The translations under genes were made by a program, and so were the position numbers. This document shows, in pieces, positions 26,930 through 38,943 of a stretch of DNA of 64,000 bases. Location: the NCBI GenBank assembly GCA_934155185.1, contig CAKPGT010000005.1, forward strand, positions 3,715 through 67,714, given 5' to 3'. A model generated the notes under the pieces. The model worked only from the letters and a program-made list of their open reading frames with translations. It made no database searches and was not told the DNA's origin. Position 1 is the first letter of the stretch; each line of letters opens with the position of its first letter. Origin of the DNA: an uncultured Bacilli bacterium (GTDB taxonomy: Bacteria; Bacillota_I; Bacilli_A; RF39; UBA660).

Positions 26930-28190
26930 TTTTAACCTCCATTACTCTTGCATTAATATACCCATTATTTAGTGAAACATTAATCATATCATCCTTTTTA
27001 ATTTTATCTATATTTGTTATACATCTATTATCCTTTTTAACTATAGCATATCCTCTTTTTAAAGAATTTAGTGGATTTAATATTTCCAATTTTTCTATTA
27101 AATGATTTGTTTTTTTAACCTTATCTTCATACAAAATACCTGGATTTTTAAATATTATATTATTTTTTATAACATCTAATTTTGATTTATTTATATTTAT
27201 AACATTATTGATATTACTATTTAGCTTATCAATTATATTATCAAGTTTTTGTTCTTTTATTTCGTATAAGCTTAACGGATTTTTTAAAATATAGCTTTCT
27301 GTTAACTTTTTAAGCCTTAACTTATTATTTTCCAACACTCTTCTAATTACATTTGCAAATCTTACTTTATAATTATCTATTTCAAGTAAGAGATCACATA
27401 ACTTAGGAACTGCCCTTTCGGCTGCCCCAGTCGGTGTTTCTGCTCTTACATCTGCTACAAAATCGCATATTGTAAAGTCAATTTGATGCCCTACTCCGCT
27501 TATTATAGGCGTATTACATGAAAATACCTTTCTAGCTACTATTTCTTCGTTAAAAGGCCATAAATCCTCGATAGACCCACCACCACGACCTAGTATTATT
27601 ACATCTAAATTATAATTATCAGCAATATCTAATTTTTTAACTATATCATCTTTAGCAAGTTCTCCTTGAACTAGACATGGAAATAAAATCGTTTTACATA
27701 TAGGAAATCTTCTTTTAATAGTAGATAAAATATCTTTAACAGCTGCTCCAGTTGATGCCGTTATAATACCTACCCTCATAGGAATTTTTGGTATCTGTTT
27801 TTTATGTTTAATATCAAATAGTCCTTCAGCCTCTAATTTCTTTTTTAACTGCTCAAATGCAATATGTAAATTACCAACACCATCTTCTAGCATATCTTCT
27901 ACATATATTTGATAATTACCAGTAGATTCAAAAACACTTACCTTTCCTTTGACGAGAATTTTCATACCATCTTCTGGCATAAATTTAAGATTAGAAGCAT
28001 TAAAGCTAAACATAATAGCACTAATTCTTGATGTCTCATCTTTTATAGTAAAATAAAAATGCCCACGCGTATGCGCCTTAAAATTTGATATTTCACCCTT
28101 TAAATATACATTTTGAAGATGTATATCATTATCTATTTTATATTTAATATATCTAGTTAAAGCTGTCACACTTAAATACTTATCTTCCAT
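26922..28190 (-). CDS. xseA: Exodeoxyribonuclease VII large subunit
   Basis: 422 aa with an OB-fold N-terminus (VYLKGEISNFKAHTRGHFYFTIKD), the motif RGGGSIEDLWPFN, and a coiled-coil C-terminus. Confidence 0.92.
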   Translation of the reverse strand: MEDKYLSVTALTRYIKYKIDNDIHLQNVYLKGEISNFKAHTRGHFYFTIKDETSRISAIMFSFNASNLKFMPEDGMKILVKGKVSVFESTGNYQIYVEDMLEDGVGNLHIAFEQLKKKLEAEGLFDIKHKKQIPKIPMRVGIITASTGAAVKDILSTIKRRFPICKTILFPCLVQGELAKDDIVKKLDIADNYNLDVIILGRGGGSIEDLWPFNEEIVARKVFSCNTPIISGVGHQIDFTICDFVADVRAETPTGAAERAVPKLCDLLLEIDNYKVRFANVIRRVLENNKLRLKKLTESYILKNPLSLYEIKEQKLDNIIDKLNSNINNVININKSKLDVIKNNIIFKNPGILYEDKVKKTNHLIEKLEILNPLNSLKRGYAIVKKDNRCITNIDKIKKDDMINVSLNNGYINARVMEVKNE

Positions 28191-28288
28191 AAATTCACCT
28201 ATAATTCTTACAATCTAATTGTATCATTTTTGTTTTATTATATCAATTATAATGTTATAATTTAATAAATAATTGAGGTGATTAATGT

Positions 28289-28744
28289 ATGGAGATATTA
28301 AATATTAAAAATGACGCTTATATAAAATATTTATATGAGTATGCAAAAATATGCAAGCAAACTTGGGGTAATAATATTGGTGATAAAGATTTGGATGTAT
28401 ACGTACAAAACAAAGTAAACAAAATATTAACTAATGATAAAGTAATAACTATAGAAGCTATAATCGTTAATAACGAAATGGCTGGATTTATTTCTCTTTT
28501 CAAATATGACGGTGATGAAAAAAGAAGTCTTACGCCATGGCTTGCAACACTATTTGTAAAAGAAAAATATAGAGGAAAAAATTACTCTAATATACTTATT
28601 TCGAGTCTCTTAAATAAGGCATCAGAATTAGGATATAAAAAAGTATATTTAAAGTCTGATTTAAACGGTTTTTATGAAAAGAATAATGCTAAATATATAG
28701 AAACACTCAAAAATAAAGAAAGACTATATTATATAGAACTATAA
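28289..28744 (+). CDS. GNAT family N-acetyltransferase
   Basis: 151 aa. LFVKEKYRGKNYSNILISSLLNKASELGYKKVYL is an acetyl-CoA-binding motif A-like region. Confidence 0.7.
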   Translation: MEILNIKNDAYIKYLYEYAKICKQTWGNNIGDKDLDVYVQNKVNKILTNDKVITIEAIIVNNEMAGFISLFKYDGDEKRSLTPWLATLFVKEKYRGKNYSNILISSLLNKASELGYKKVYLKSDLNGFYEKNNAKYIETLKNKERLYYIEL

Positions 28745-28927
28745 TATAGTCTTTTTAATTAAATAATTATTTTTGTAATTACATTTAGTATTTCTTCTTT
28801 CGTTTCTCACCTTATATGAAATACGTTTCACATAGATTATACTGCATCGTATTTTATAATACTATAAAAAGAAAAAAATTTCACATAAAAAGCTACATCA
28901 TAAATTTGACAAGCTTTTAACTAAATA

Positions 28928-29479
28928 TTATTTTTTAAATATTTTTGCAATTTCTTTAATATGATTTTTAAATACAAGTATATCTATTATATTTGTTACA
29001 GAATAAGTACATATTAGGAAACCTAACGAGAAAGTTAACGCAATAGAACCAATATGCGGATTAATTATTATTAATGTACCCGCTATAATTGATATAATAG
29101 AAAGTACAAGTAATAATAACCAGTTACTATATCCATAATTGCCAAGCGCTAATGAAAATCTTAAATTCACGAACGCTTTTACTACCATCACAATGCCAAC
29201 GATTATAGGAAGCAGTGTTTGCATTAAATCTGGCTTTAATACTAGTACTACACCTAATAATAGTTCAATGATACCAATTGACTGAAGTCCAGAAAATAAA
29301 ATATTGTTTTCATTTTCCAATATGAAATATATGCCATTTACTATTAAAATAATTGCTAAAGCATAATTAATTGTTTCAAATGACATTTGAGGATATATCA
29401 TGAATACCAGCCCAAGAAAACACATTAATACCGAAATTACAATTGATGAGTACAAAAACTTATTTAACTTCTTTATCAT
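28928..29479 (-). CDS. DUF308/HdeD-like membrane protein
   Basis: About 6 TM helices with a repeated DUF308 pattern. The start is chosen at ATG 29479 because GGAGGT lies 7 nt upstream. It lies 62 nt downstream of the 1294-aa gene, and I saw no terminator between them. Confidence 0.65.
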   Translation of the reverse strand: MIKKLNKFLYSSIVISVLMCFLGLVFMIYPQMSFETINYALAIILIVNGIYFILENENNILFSGLQSIGIIELLLGVVLVLKPDLMQTLLPIIVGIVMVVKAFVNLRFSLALGNYGYSNWLLLLVLSIISIIAGTLIIINPHIGSIALTFSLGFLICTYSVTNIIDILVFKNHIKEIAKIFKK

Positions 29480-29541
29480 ATACATACCTCCATCTATTAT
29501 AATTTTACCATCTTTTTTATAAAAGTAAAGATTAAAAAGCA

Positions 29542-32500
29542 CTAAGCTTTAATGTATCTTAGTACTTTTTCTTTATGAGGTATATTACTTGATAAAATAT
29601 TTGAAATTAAAATATTTTTATTATATTTAACTAATCTTTTTTCTATATCAAAAGAGCCATCTTTTTTCTCTTTTAAGACATAATAACAAGCTGTATTTGA
29701 GTTTTCATTATAAAATCCCATAGCAAGTGCTCTTAATGTATGAATGTTGGTATTATCTATTTTTTCTTTCATATCAAAATGTACATGTCCTTGAATAACA
29801 TCATCATAGTATTTTATACTTTTTCCATTAAATAAAGGCTCTTCTTTAGCAGATAAATACCCCATTATACTTTTATTACCTTTCCCACTTTTAATAGCTT
29901 GCTCTATTTTTTCTATTGCAAGAGGACTATTCGTGTATAAAAACTGCTCCCCTGATTTTCCAGGAGTAAATTTAGACTGATAATTCCAAGTACTATGATT
30001 TGTATAATCCCACCTTATATCATTTGCAAAATGACAAAGTGCTACTTTTTTATTTCCAACTACGATATCAATAGATGAAGGATAAAGTTTTAATCTTTTT
30101 ATTCTACTACTTCCAAGCTTATCTAAAGTCCATATTTGATTTTCAGTCTTTTCTTTATCAAAGTAAGAAAATGGTTCTATCCCAAGTGTACTATAATATT
30201 CACTATTACCTGCGACTGATTTTACCCCATATTCATCTTGTAAATCAATCACCTCTTTTGGGTTAGGACCTAGGCCTATATTATCTCCTAGTGAATATAT
30301 TTCATCTATCTTGTTTTTTCTAATATCTTCTAGCACTTCTACACACGGTTCATACATTGCATGAGCATCTGTTATAATTGCTATTTGCCTTCCTGTATAT
30401 TCTTCATTACAGTTAACTATTTTTATATTATCATTTAATATTTTATATAGTTTCTTTAATTCTTCAGTATCTACTTTATCTTCTATAGGAATATTATTTT
30501 TTTCAAATACAAATTTTGGGTTATTTACTACCTCTTTTACAGGCTGAGTTATTATAAATGGTAAAAGATACTTTTCATGGTACTTCATTTCTGATTCATT
30601 TGGCATTCTTCCTCCAGGCAATATTATACCGCATGGTTTTAAACCCTCACGATATAACAAACACTCGGCATTATTATCAACAACAGCACTAGATTCTAGT
30701 ACTCCTCTTTGAATCCAACCACTTTTTTTAACCTCATAAGAATTATTTTTTATTATACCATTACTTCCCATGTTTTTAGTAGAACTGCAGTTAAAGTTAC
30801 CATCTAAAATATCATCATAAGCTAAAATCATATAATTAGAATTATAATAGTATCTTTGTCCTAAATAACTTATAGGGCTTACTGATATAAAAATACTATC
30901 TCCATCTGCTTTTCCACCTACCATACTTTCAATATCTTCAGATTCACTTAAAACATGTGCATATAAGCAGTAATTTTTATCAGATAAATCAATCGTCTTA
31001 CCCCCGTATTTAATAGATAACTCCTCATTTATTAGAGATTTATCACTGATAATATTTGATATCTTTGTTAAATTTAACTTAGAATCTAATTCATAGACGC
31101 GCGTAATCTTACTATCTAATTTTGCAAATAAATTTTGCAAATCTATTAATAATTTTCCATTATCATTAAGCAGTATTTTAACAATATTTCTAAGATCATT
31201 TATGCTATTTATATTACTAATGGAATCTGTTATTTTAGCATAGTATAATAACTCATCTATAAGTCTCACTAATTCTTTTGAATCATTATTATATTTTTTT
31301 AGCATAAGTAACGCTGAACTTCCACCTATATTTGACAATTTATATTTAGCATTACATAAAGCATATTTATTTAAATACTCTTTGATTTCGCTTAACGATA
31401 AGTTACTATAGTTTTGTATTAATGATTTATTAGCTTTAATTCTATATTCATGTATCTGGCTAATATCATAAAAAGTTTTCTTTTTGTCACTATCCATATA
31501 AAAGAAATACATTAAGTCATCTATGTCACTAGAACTTAGCCTTCTTTTTTGTTTTGTTAAATTTATAAGTAACTTAGGATTTGCATTAAAAGCATCAATT
31601 ATTTGTAAAAAATAAATAATATTATATACTTCGTTTTTTACGATATTTATATTATAAAGATTTTCATATAAGTAGTCTTTAACCCTAATAAAATAGTCCA
31701 CCATATTATTATCAATAATGCTATTTATAATAGTTAAAAGACTATTATACTTACCAAAGCCTGCACCATACTTTATAAATGATGAAAAATTAGTATTTGT
31801 CTTTTCAATAAAGCACTTAATTTTTTCATAGTTTTCTATAACATTTGTTGGATCGTTATTTTTCATTAAGACGATGTAATTATTCTTTTCTTCTTCTTTA
31901 AGACCAATTATGTCTAATATAATTTCTTTAATTGGAAATGAAACCCTATCACTTTCTAAATAATGTAAAAGTTCATCATTAGAGGCAAGAGATAATTTAT
32001 TTTTAATTAACTTACTATTATTTCTTATTATTATATTTTTAATACTATCGCACATTTCATGCAAATTATCAAGTGTCACCAATTCATCAAGACTTAGTTT
32101 CATAAGATAATTTGATATTACATCACTTTTTCTTTCAATTATATATGATATAACATTTTTATATGTAGCTGATGTTTTTATTATATTAAATATATTATTT
32201 TCGTTAATTTTAATAGATAAAATTAACTCTTTAAATGTAGGATTATAGTTTTTACTTGCAAGATAACTTGGAATATAGAAATCATCTATTTTCATTATTC
32301 CCTCTTTTATTACATCTTTTTTTAGTCTTAATATTTCATTTTGAAATTCTATGGGTAGATTAGTAGATTTAAGGCAATAATATTCTATATCACTATACGT
32401 TAAACTATTTATTACATAATTAACTTTCTTTTTATTGCTTGTTATGTAATCTTTTACCCATAAAGGAACATACTTGTTATTAAGAGTTTTCATTAATATA

Positions 32501-33426
32501 CTATATTCCATAGTATTTATAGCAAGCTTAGTTTTTGTTGGGTTCATATTAATTAAAATATTAGCTAGTCTTTGCTCATTTACGTATGCTATTTCAAGTG
32601 ATAGTGAAATAATATTAAGTCTTTTTACTCTATTTTCTATTTCGTTTTTCCTTAGGTCAAATATTTTATCAATTATTTCAGGAGGTGCTGAATAATAATC
32701 TACGCTATTTAGTAAATTTCTATTTTTTATTTCATTTACATATGATAGTATTTCATCTTTTTTTAATTCAAGTATTTTGTTTCTAATAGTTTCATCAAAA
32801 AAGGAATAATTCATTACATCACAAATGTTATTTTTATTTATTTTCATTAATATAATTTTATTTTTAATACTGTCTTTTATATTAGCGTTTGATAACGCAT
32901 TTCTAATATCACTTATATCGGTAAGTTTTTGATCAATTATATAGTCTATTAAATCATCGTTTATATCATATAAAAATAGATTTCTTAAAGCACCAATATT
33001 TTTTTCCTCATCTATAATTGCTTTTTTTATTTCAAGAGGAATTAAATCATCTTTTAAGATCTCAAATATATTGTTATAAAGCTTATTAATTATTATCTTT
33101 TTAAATTCCATAGGATAGTAGTCTTTATATAATAATTCTCGTTCAAATAAATTTAGGTTTGTAAAGCGTAAATTAATAGACTTTAACTTATTTACGCTTT
33201 CTTTATCTATCCTCAAGTTTAGTAAATCAACATACTTTGCTAACTTAATTCTAAAGCTTTCTGGTAGTAAGTCATCCATCAAATAGTCTATTACTTCGTC
33301 TGCATTTACTTTTTCAAAAAGTTTTGATAAGCTTTTCCTATTTTTATTTATTATTTCTTCTTTTTCGTCCAGCGTAATATTAGAAGATTTCAAATAATTC
33401 ATAATATTTTTATAAGAAATTAGCAC
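29542..33426 (-). CDS. 1294-aa multidomain protein: N-terminal degenerate helical-repeat array, unassigned middle domain, C-terminal PPP/ApaH-like metallophosphoesterase
   Basis: GTG start with SD GGAGGTG 7 nt upstream. The C-terminal 283 aa (nt 29545-30393) carry ITDAHA, SLGDNIGLGPNPKEV, AGNSEY, CHFAND and QGHVHF. Confidence 0.85.
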   Translation of the reverse strand: MLISYKNIMNYLKSSNITLDEKEEIINKNRKSLSKLFEKVNADEVIDYLMDDLLPESFRIKLAKYVDLLNLRIDKESVNKLKSINLRFTNLNLFERELLYKDYYPMEFKKIIINKLYNNIFEILKDDLIPLEIKKAIIDEEKNIGALRNLFLYDINDDLIDYIIDQKLTDISDIRNALSNANIKDSIKNKIILMKINKNNICDVMNYSFFDETIRNKILELKKDEILSYVNEIKNRNLLNSVDYYSAPPEIIDKIFDLRKNEIENRVKRLNIISLSLEIAYVNEQRLANILINMNPTKTKLAINTMEYSILMKTLNNKYVPLWVKDYITSNKKKVNYVINSLTYSDIEYYCLKSTNLPIEFQNEILRLKKDVIKEGIMKIDDFYIPSYLASKNYNPTFKELILSIKINENNIFNIIKTSATYKNVISYIIERKSDVISNYLMKLSLDELVTLDNLHEMCDSIKNIIIRNNSKLIKNKLSLASNDELLHYLESDRVSFPIKEIILDIIGLKEEEKNNYIVLMKNNDPTNVIENYEKIKCFIEKTNTNFSSFIKYGAGFGKYNSLLTIINSIIDNNMVDYFIRVKDYLYENLYNINIVKNEVYNIIYFLQIIDAFNANPKLLINLTKQKRRLSSSDIDDLMYFFYMDSDKKKTFYDISQIHEYRIKANKSLIQNYSNLSLSEIKEYLNKYALCNAKYKLSNIGGSSALLMLKKYNNDSKELVRLIDELLYYAKITDSISNINSINDLRNIVKILLNDNGKLLIDLQNLFAKLDSKITRVYELDSKLNLTKISNIISDKSLINEELSIKYGGKTIDLSDKNYCLYAHVLSESEDIESMVGGKADGDSIFISVSPISYLGQRYYYNSNYMILAYDDILDGNFNCSSTKNMGSNGIIKNNSYEVKKSGWIQRGVLESSAVVDNNAECLLYREGLKPCGIILPGGRMPNESEMKYHEKYLLPFIITQPVKEVVNNPKFVFEKNNIPIEDKVDTEELKKLYKILNDNIKIVNCNEEYTGRQIAIITDAHAMYEPCVEVLEDIRKNKIDEIYSLGDNIGLGPNPKEVIDLQDEYGVKSVAGNSEYYSTLGIEPFSYFDKEKTENQIWTLDKLGSSRIKRLKLYPSSIDIVVGNKKVALCHFANDIRWDYTNHSTWNYQSKFTPGKSGEQFLYTNSPLAIEKIEQAIKSGKGNKSIMGYLSAKEEPLFNGKSIKYYDDVIQGHVHFDMKEKIDNTNIHTLRALAMGFYNENSNTACYYVLKEKKDGSFDIEKRLVKYNKNILISNILSSNIPHKEKVLRYIKA

Positions 33427-33452
33427 TGCCTCACCTCCTTTTAAGGTACACT

Positions 33453-33481
33453 ATTTTACATTAATTAAATAAAATAGTCAA
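33453..33481 (-). promoter_or_regulatory. Sigma-A-type promoter of the 1294-aa gene
   Basis: Minus strand: TTGACT (33481-33476), a 17-nt spacer, then TG-TAAAAT (33458-33453). It lies downstream of the dnaJ terminator. Confidence 0.6.
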
Positions 33482-33502
33482 TTTCATATTAATTGGGATA
33501 GA

Positions 33503-33529
33503 TAATAAAAGATGCTTTGTAAAGCATCT
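33503..33529 (-). terminator. Intrinsic terminator after dnaJ
   Basis: Minus strand: agatgctt-taca-aagcatct followed by tttatt. Confidence 0.7.
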
Positions 33530-33539
33530 ATATTTATTA

Positions 33540-34676
33540 TTATATATTTTTTAAATATTTTTCGTATATGTCAAAATCACTAGTTTTAAGGTTTGTGCTA
33601 CTTAATTCCTCTAATAGTTTCTTTTGTTTTCTATCCAGCTTTGTAGGTGTAATTACATCAAGTATTACATACATATCACCTACACCACGTCTAGATGGAC
33701 TTGGTAGTCCTTTACCTTTAATTCTGTGTCTTTGACCTGTCTGACTTCCTTGAGGAATGCTTAAAATAACTGAACCATCAAGCGTTGGTATTTCTTTTTT
33801 ACATCCTAAAGCAGCTTCTGTAATAGTAAGTGGAAGTGTTATAAATAAATCCATCCCATCCCTTTTAAATAGTGGATGTTCTTTTACTCTTATTTCTATA
33901 TAAACATCCCCGTTAGGGCCACCATTTTCACCAGCTGGACCTTTACCTGTAACTCTTAGGTGATCGCCTGTATCTACACCCTTAGGTACCTTTACAATAA
34001 TATCTTTCTTAACTTTTTTCTTTCCAGTTCCTTTACATGTAGCGCATCTTGTTTTATATGTTTCTCCTGACCCATTACATTTAGGGCATGTACTTTGAGT
34101 TGCAAAAACACCAAGTATGCTTCTTTGTTCTTGCCTTACATAGCCAGAACCACCGCACTGTGAGCAAGTCTGAACCCCACTTCCACCGTGTCCATCACAA
34201 TCAGGACATGTATCGTCAATATTTAAGGTTACTGTTGTTTCACTTCCTTTAGCAGCTTCTTCAAATGACATTTCAAAAATAACACTAACATCAGGCCCTT
34301 TTGTTTTAGCGTTTTTATATGAACTAGCTCCTCTCCCACCAAAGAATGATGAGCCAGTACTTGAAAAACCAAAACCAGATCCAAATATATCTCTTAAAAT
34401 ATCACTCATGTCAACATCTTCAAATCCAGAGAAGCCGCCACCAAATCCGCCATTTCCATCAAACGCTGCATGGCCAAATTGATCGTATTTACTTCTTTTA
34501 TCTTTATCTGATAGGACGGAATAAGCTTCCTGTGCTTCTTTAAACTTTTCTGCAGCATCAGGTTCTTTTGAAACATCAGGATGGTACTTTTTAGCTAGCT
34601 TTCTAAATGCACTTTTAATTTCAGCATCAGAAGCATTTTTAGATACCCCAAGTACCTCATAATAATCCTTCTTCAT
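33540..34676 (-). CDS. dnaJ: Molecular chaperone DnaJ
   Basis: J-domain (YYEVLGV...HPD), a G/F region, and four CxxCxGxG zinc-finger repeats. Confidence 0.95.
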   Translation of the reverse strand: MKKDYYEVLGVSKNASDAEIKSAFRKLAKKYHPDVSKEPDAAEKFKEAQEAYSVLSDKDKRSKYDQFGHAAFDGNGGFGGGFSGFEDVDMSDILRDIFGSGFGFSSTGSSFFGGRGASSYKNAKTKGPDVSVIFEMSFEEAAKGSETTVTLNIDDTCPDCDGHGGSGVQTCSQCGGSGYVRQEQRSILGVFATQSTCPKCNGSGETYKTRCATCKGTGKKKVKKDIIVKVPKGVDTGDHLRVTGKGPAGENGGPNGDVYIEIRVKEHPLFKRDGMDLFITLPLTITEAALGCKKEIPTLDGSVILSIPQGSQTGQRHRIKGKGLPSPSRRGVGDMYVILDVITPTKLDRKQKKLLEELSSTNLKTSDFDIYEKYLKNI

Positions 34677-34691
34677 AATAATATTTACCTC

Positions 34692-36494
34692 CTAACTAAT
34701 ATACAATTTATCAAATTCATCTATTAAGCTGTCAAACTCATCAATAGCACTTTTAATAACTTCTTTATTATTTATATCAACACCAGCTATTTTAAGTTCA
34801 TCAGTTGGATATTTACTACCTCCAAGCTTTAAGAAATTTAAATAACTTTCAAGAGCACCTTTTTTCTTATTTAAAATTCCATTTACTATATAGCATGCTG
34901 CTGATAAGCTTGTTGCATATTTATATACATAAAAGTTGTAATAAAAGTGTGGTATTCTTTCCCACTCATACCTAATTAAGTCATCTACTACAACATTAGG
35001 TCCAAAATACTTTTTAACTAATTCATAATAATTATCTGATAAAAATGAGCTAGTTAATATTTCACCTTTTTCACGTTTTTCATGCATATCTTTTTCAAAC
35101 TCTGCAAACATAGTTTGTCTATATATAGTTGCTTTAAATAAGTCTAATAAATGATTTATAATATTTAGTTTTTCTTCTTTATCTTTAGAAGTACTAATTA
35201 AATATTTAGATAATAACAGTTCATTTACAGTTGATGCAACTTCTGCAACAAATATTGAATAATTTGAATAACAATAAGGATTATTCTTGCATGAATAAAA
35301 GGTATGCATTGAGTGTCCTAATTCGTGTGCAAGTGTTGAAACATCATTAAGTTTTCCCTCATAATTAAGAAGCAAAAATGGATTAGTGTCATAGAATCCT
35401 GATGAATAAGCTCCCGTTCTTTTACCTTTATTATGATATACATCTATCCATCTTTCATCAAATGCTCTATTAATATTTTTAATGTAATCGTCCCCTAAAA
35501 CACTTAAAGAATCAATAACCAACTTTTTAGCTTCATCAAAAGAATAGTCTTTACTCTTACCTTTTATTAAATCTGCATACATATCATATAAATGTAATTC
35601 ATCTAGTTTAAGAACCTTTTTTCTTAAATCATAGTATTTATACATAACATTCATGTTTTCATTTACGCAGTCAATTAAATTATTATAAATGCTTAAATCT
35701 ACATTATCAGCATAAAGTGATGCTTCAATAGCACTATTATATTTTTTTAACTTCGCCATTACAACGTCTTTTTCTACATTTCCTGCAAATGTAGATGCTA
35801 TAGTGGTTTTAAAGTTAGAGTATGTTTTAAGTAAGATTTCAAGTGCATCTTTTCTAACTCTTCTATCTTCTGACTTAACAAAAACTGAATAATTGCTTTC
35901 ATTAAATTCACATTTTTCTCCATTTTCATCGGTAATTGATGGAAAAATTAAATCAGTATTTGTAAGAGAATCATATGTATCTTCTGAAACATTAAACACG
36001 CTAGAAAACTTAGATAGAATTTCTTCTTCTTTTTCACTTAATGTGTGAGCTTTATATCTATATATGCATTCTATTTCAAACTTATACTTCATAAGTTCTT
36101 TTTCTTCTTCAAAAAACTTTTCGTACAAGCTATAATCAGCTTTTAACATATCAGGTACAACAAATGATGATAACTCAGAGTATTTTATGCATATATCTCT
36201 TACTTCATTAAGCATTTTTTTATATTTATCAGAGCTTGTATCCGAATCATAGTTTAGATGAGCATAATAATATAGTTTTGATGTTAATCTATCTATTTTT
36301 TCATCATATGTCATATATTCAAGAAAATCTTTAGCTGATTTTAAGAACTTATCTTTATAGCAGGTTACTTTGTATATTTCTTTTTTTGCTTTAGCAAGGT
36401 CACTTTTAAAATCATCTTCATTTTTATATATGGTTGTTAAATCCCATTTATATTTTTCTTCAATTTCACTTCTCAACTTTTCTTTTGTAGCCAT
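34692..36494 (-). CDS. pepF: Oligoendopeptidase F (M3B)
   Basis: 600 aa with the zinc motif HELGHSMH and typical PepF length and N-terminus. Confidence 0.88.
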   Translation of the reverse strand: MATKEKLRSEIEEKYKWDLTTIYKNEDDFKSDLAKAKKEIYKVTCYKDKFLKSAKDFLEYMTYDEKIDRLTSKLYYYAHLNYDSDTSSDKYKKMLNEVRDICIKYSELSSFVVPDMLKADYSLYEKFFEEEKELMKYKFEIECIYRYKAHTLSEKEEEILSKFSSVFNVSEDTYDSLTNTDLIFPSITDENGEKCEFNESNYSVFVKSEDRRVRKDALEILLKTYSNFKTTIASTFAGNVEKDVVMAKLKKYNSAIEASLYADNVDLSIYNNLIDCVNENMNVMYKYYDLRKKVLKLDELHLYDMYADLIKGKSKDYSFDEAKKLVIDSLSVLGDDYIKNINRAFDERWIDVYHNKGKRTGAYSSGFYDTNPFLLLNYEGKLNDVSTLAHELGHSMHTFYSCKNNPYCYSNYSIFVAEVASTVNELLLSKYLISTSKDKEEKLNIINHLLDLFKATIYRQTMFAEFEKDMHEKREKGEILTSSFLSDNYYELVKKYFGPNVVVDDLIRYEWERIPHFYYNFYVYKYATSLSAACYIVNGILNKKKGALESYLNFLKLGGSKYPTDELKIAGVDINNKEVIKSAIDEFDSLIDEFDKLYIS

Positions 36495-36554
36495 GTCTTC
36501 TCCTTATTATTTAAGACAAAGTTCTAGCATTTAACTGCTAGAACTTCATACTAT

Positions 36555-38387
<1,833 letters not shown>

Positions 38388-38395
38388 CTACCTTT

Positions 38396-38938
38396 CTATT
38401 TATTAACTTTAACCATTGCTGGTCTAATTACCTTGTCCTTTAACATATACCCTTTTTGGTATACTTCTAAGACAATATCTTTTTCTTTATCTTTAACCTC
38501 TTCGGTCATAACAGCTTGATGATAAGTTGCATCAAACGGTTTACCAAGTGCTTCTATTTCTTTTGCACCAAACTTTTCTATTGCTTTAGTTAATGATGCA
38601 TAAACCATTTTCATACCACTTAAGAATTGAGATACCTCATCTTCTAAGTTATCATCATCCATTTTAATAGCTCTTTCAAAATTATCTAAAACTGGAAGAA
38701 TTTCAAGAATTAAATCTTCATTTGCATATTTAAGTCTCTTTTCAGTTTCTTCATCCTTTCTTTTTCGATAATTTATAAGCTCAGCTTGAGCTCTTAAAGC
38801 CCTTTCCTCGGCTTCTTTTGCCTTTGTATTAATAGCAAGAACTTCCTCTTTTGTTAGTAATACTTTATCATCATCTTTTTTACAGTGTTTATGTTTTTTA
38901 TTTTCTGCTGTTTTATTTTTTTCTTCAGTTTTTTCCAT
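38396..38938 (-). CDS. grpE: Nucleotide exchange factor GrpE
   Basis: A coiled-coil region plus a GrpE C-terminal domain (NYRKRKDEE...LPVLDNFERA...KGYMLKDKVIRPAMV). Confidence 0.93.
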   Translation of the reverse strand: MEKTEEKNKTAENKKHKHCKKDDDKVLLTKEEVLAINTKAKEAEERALRAQAELINYRKRKDEETEKRLKYANEDLILEILPVLDNFERAIKMDDDNLEDEVSQFLSGMKMVYASLTKAIEKFGAKEIEALGKPFDATYHQAVMTEEVKDKEKDIVLEVYQKGYMLKDKVIRPAMVKVNK

Positions 38939-38943
38939 GATGC

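Noticed and set aside
28790-28865. A repeated cgtttc(t)cac word and an aaatacg/cgtattt inverted repeat in the GNAT/DUF308 convergent spacer, considered as a regulatory RNA.
   Set aside because: I found no promoter. The elements are short and AT-rich, and both flanking genes already have their own terminator hairpins.
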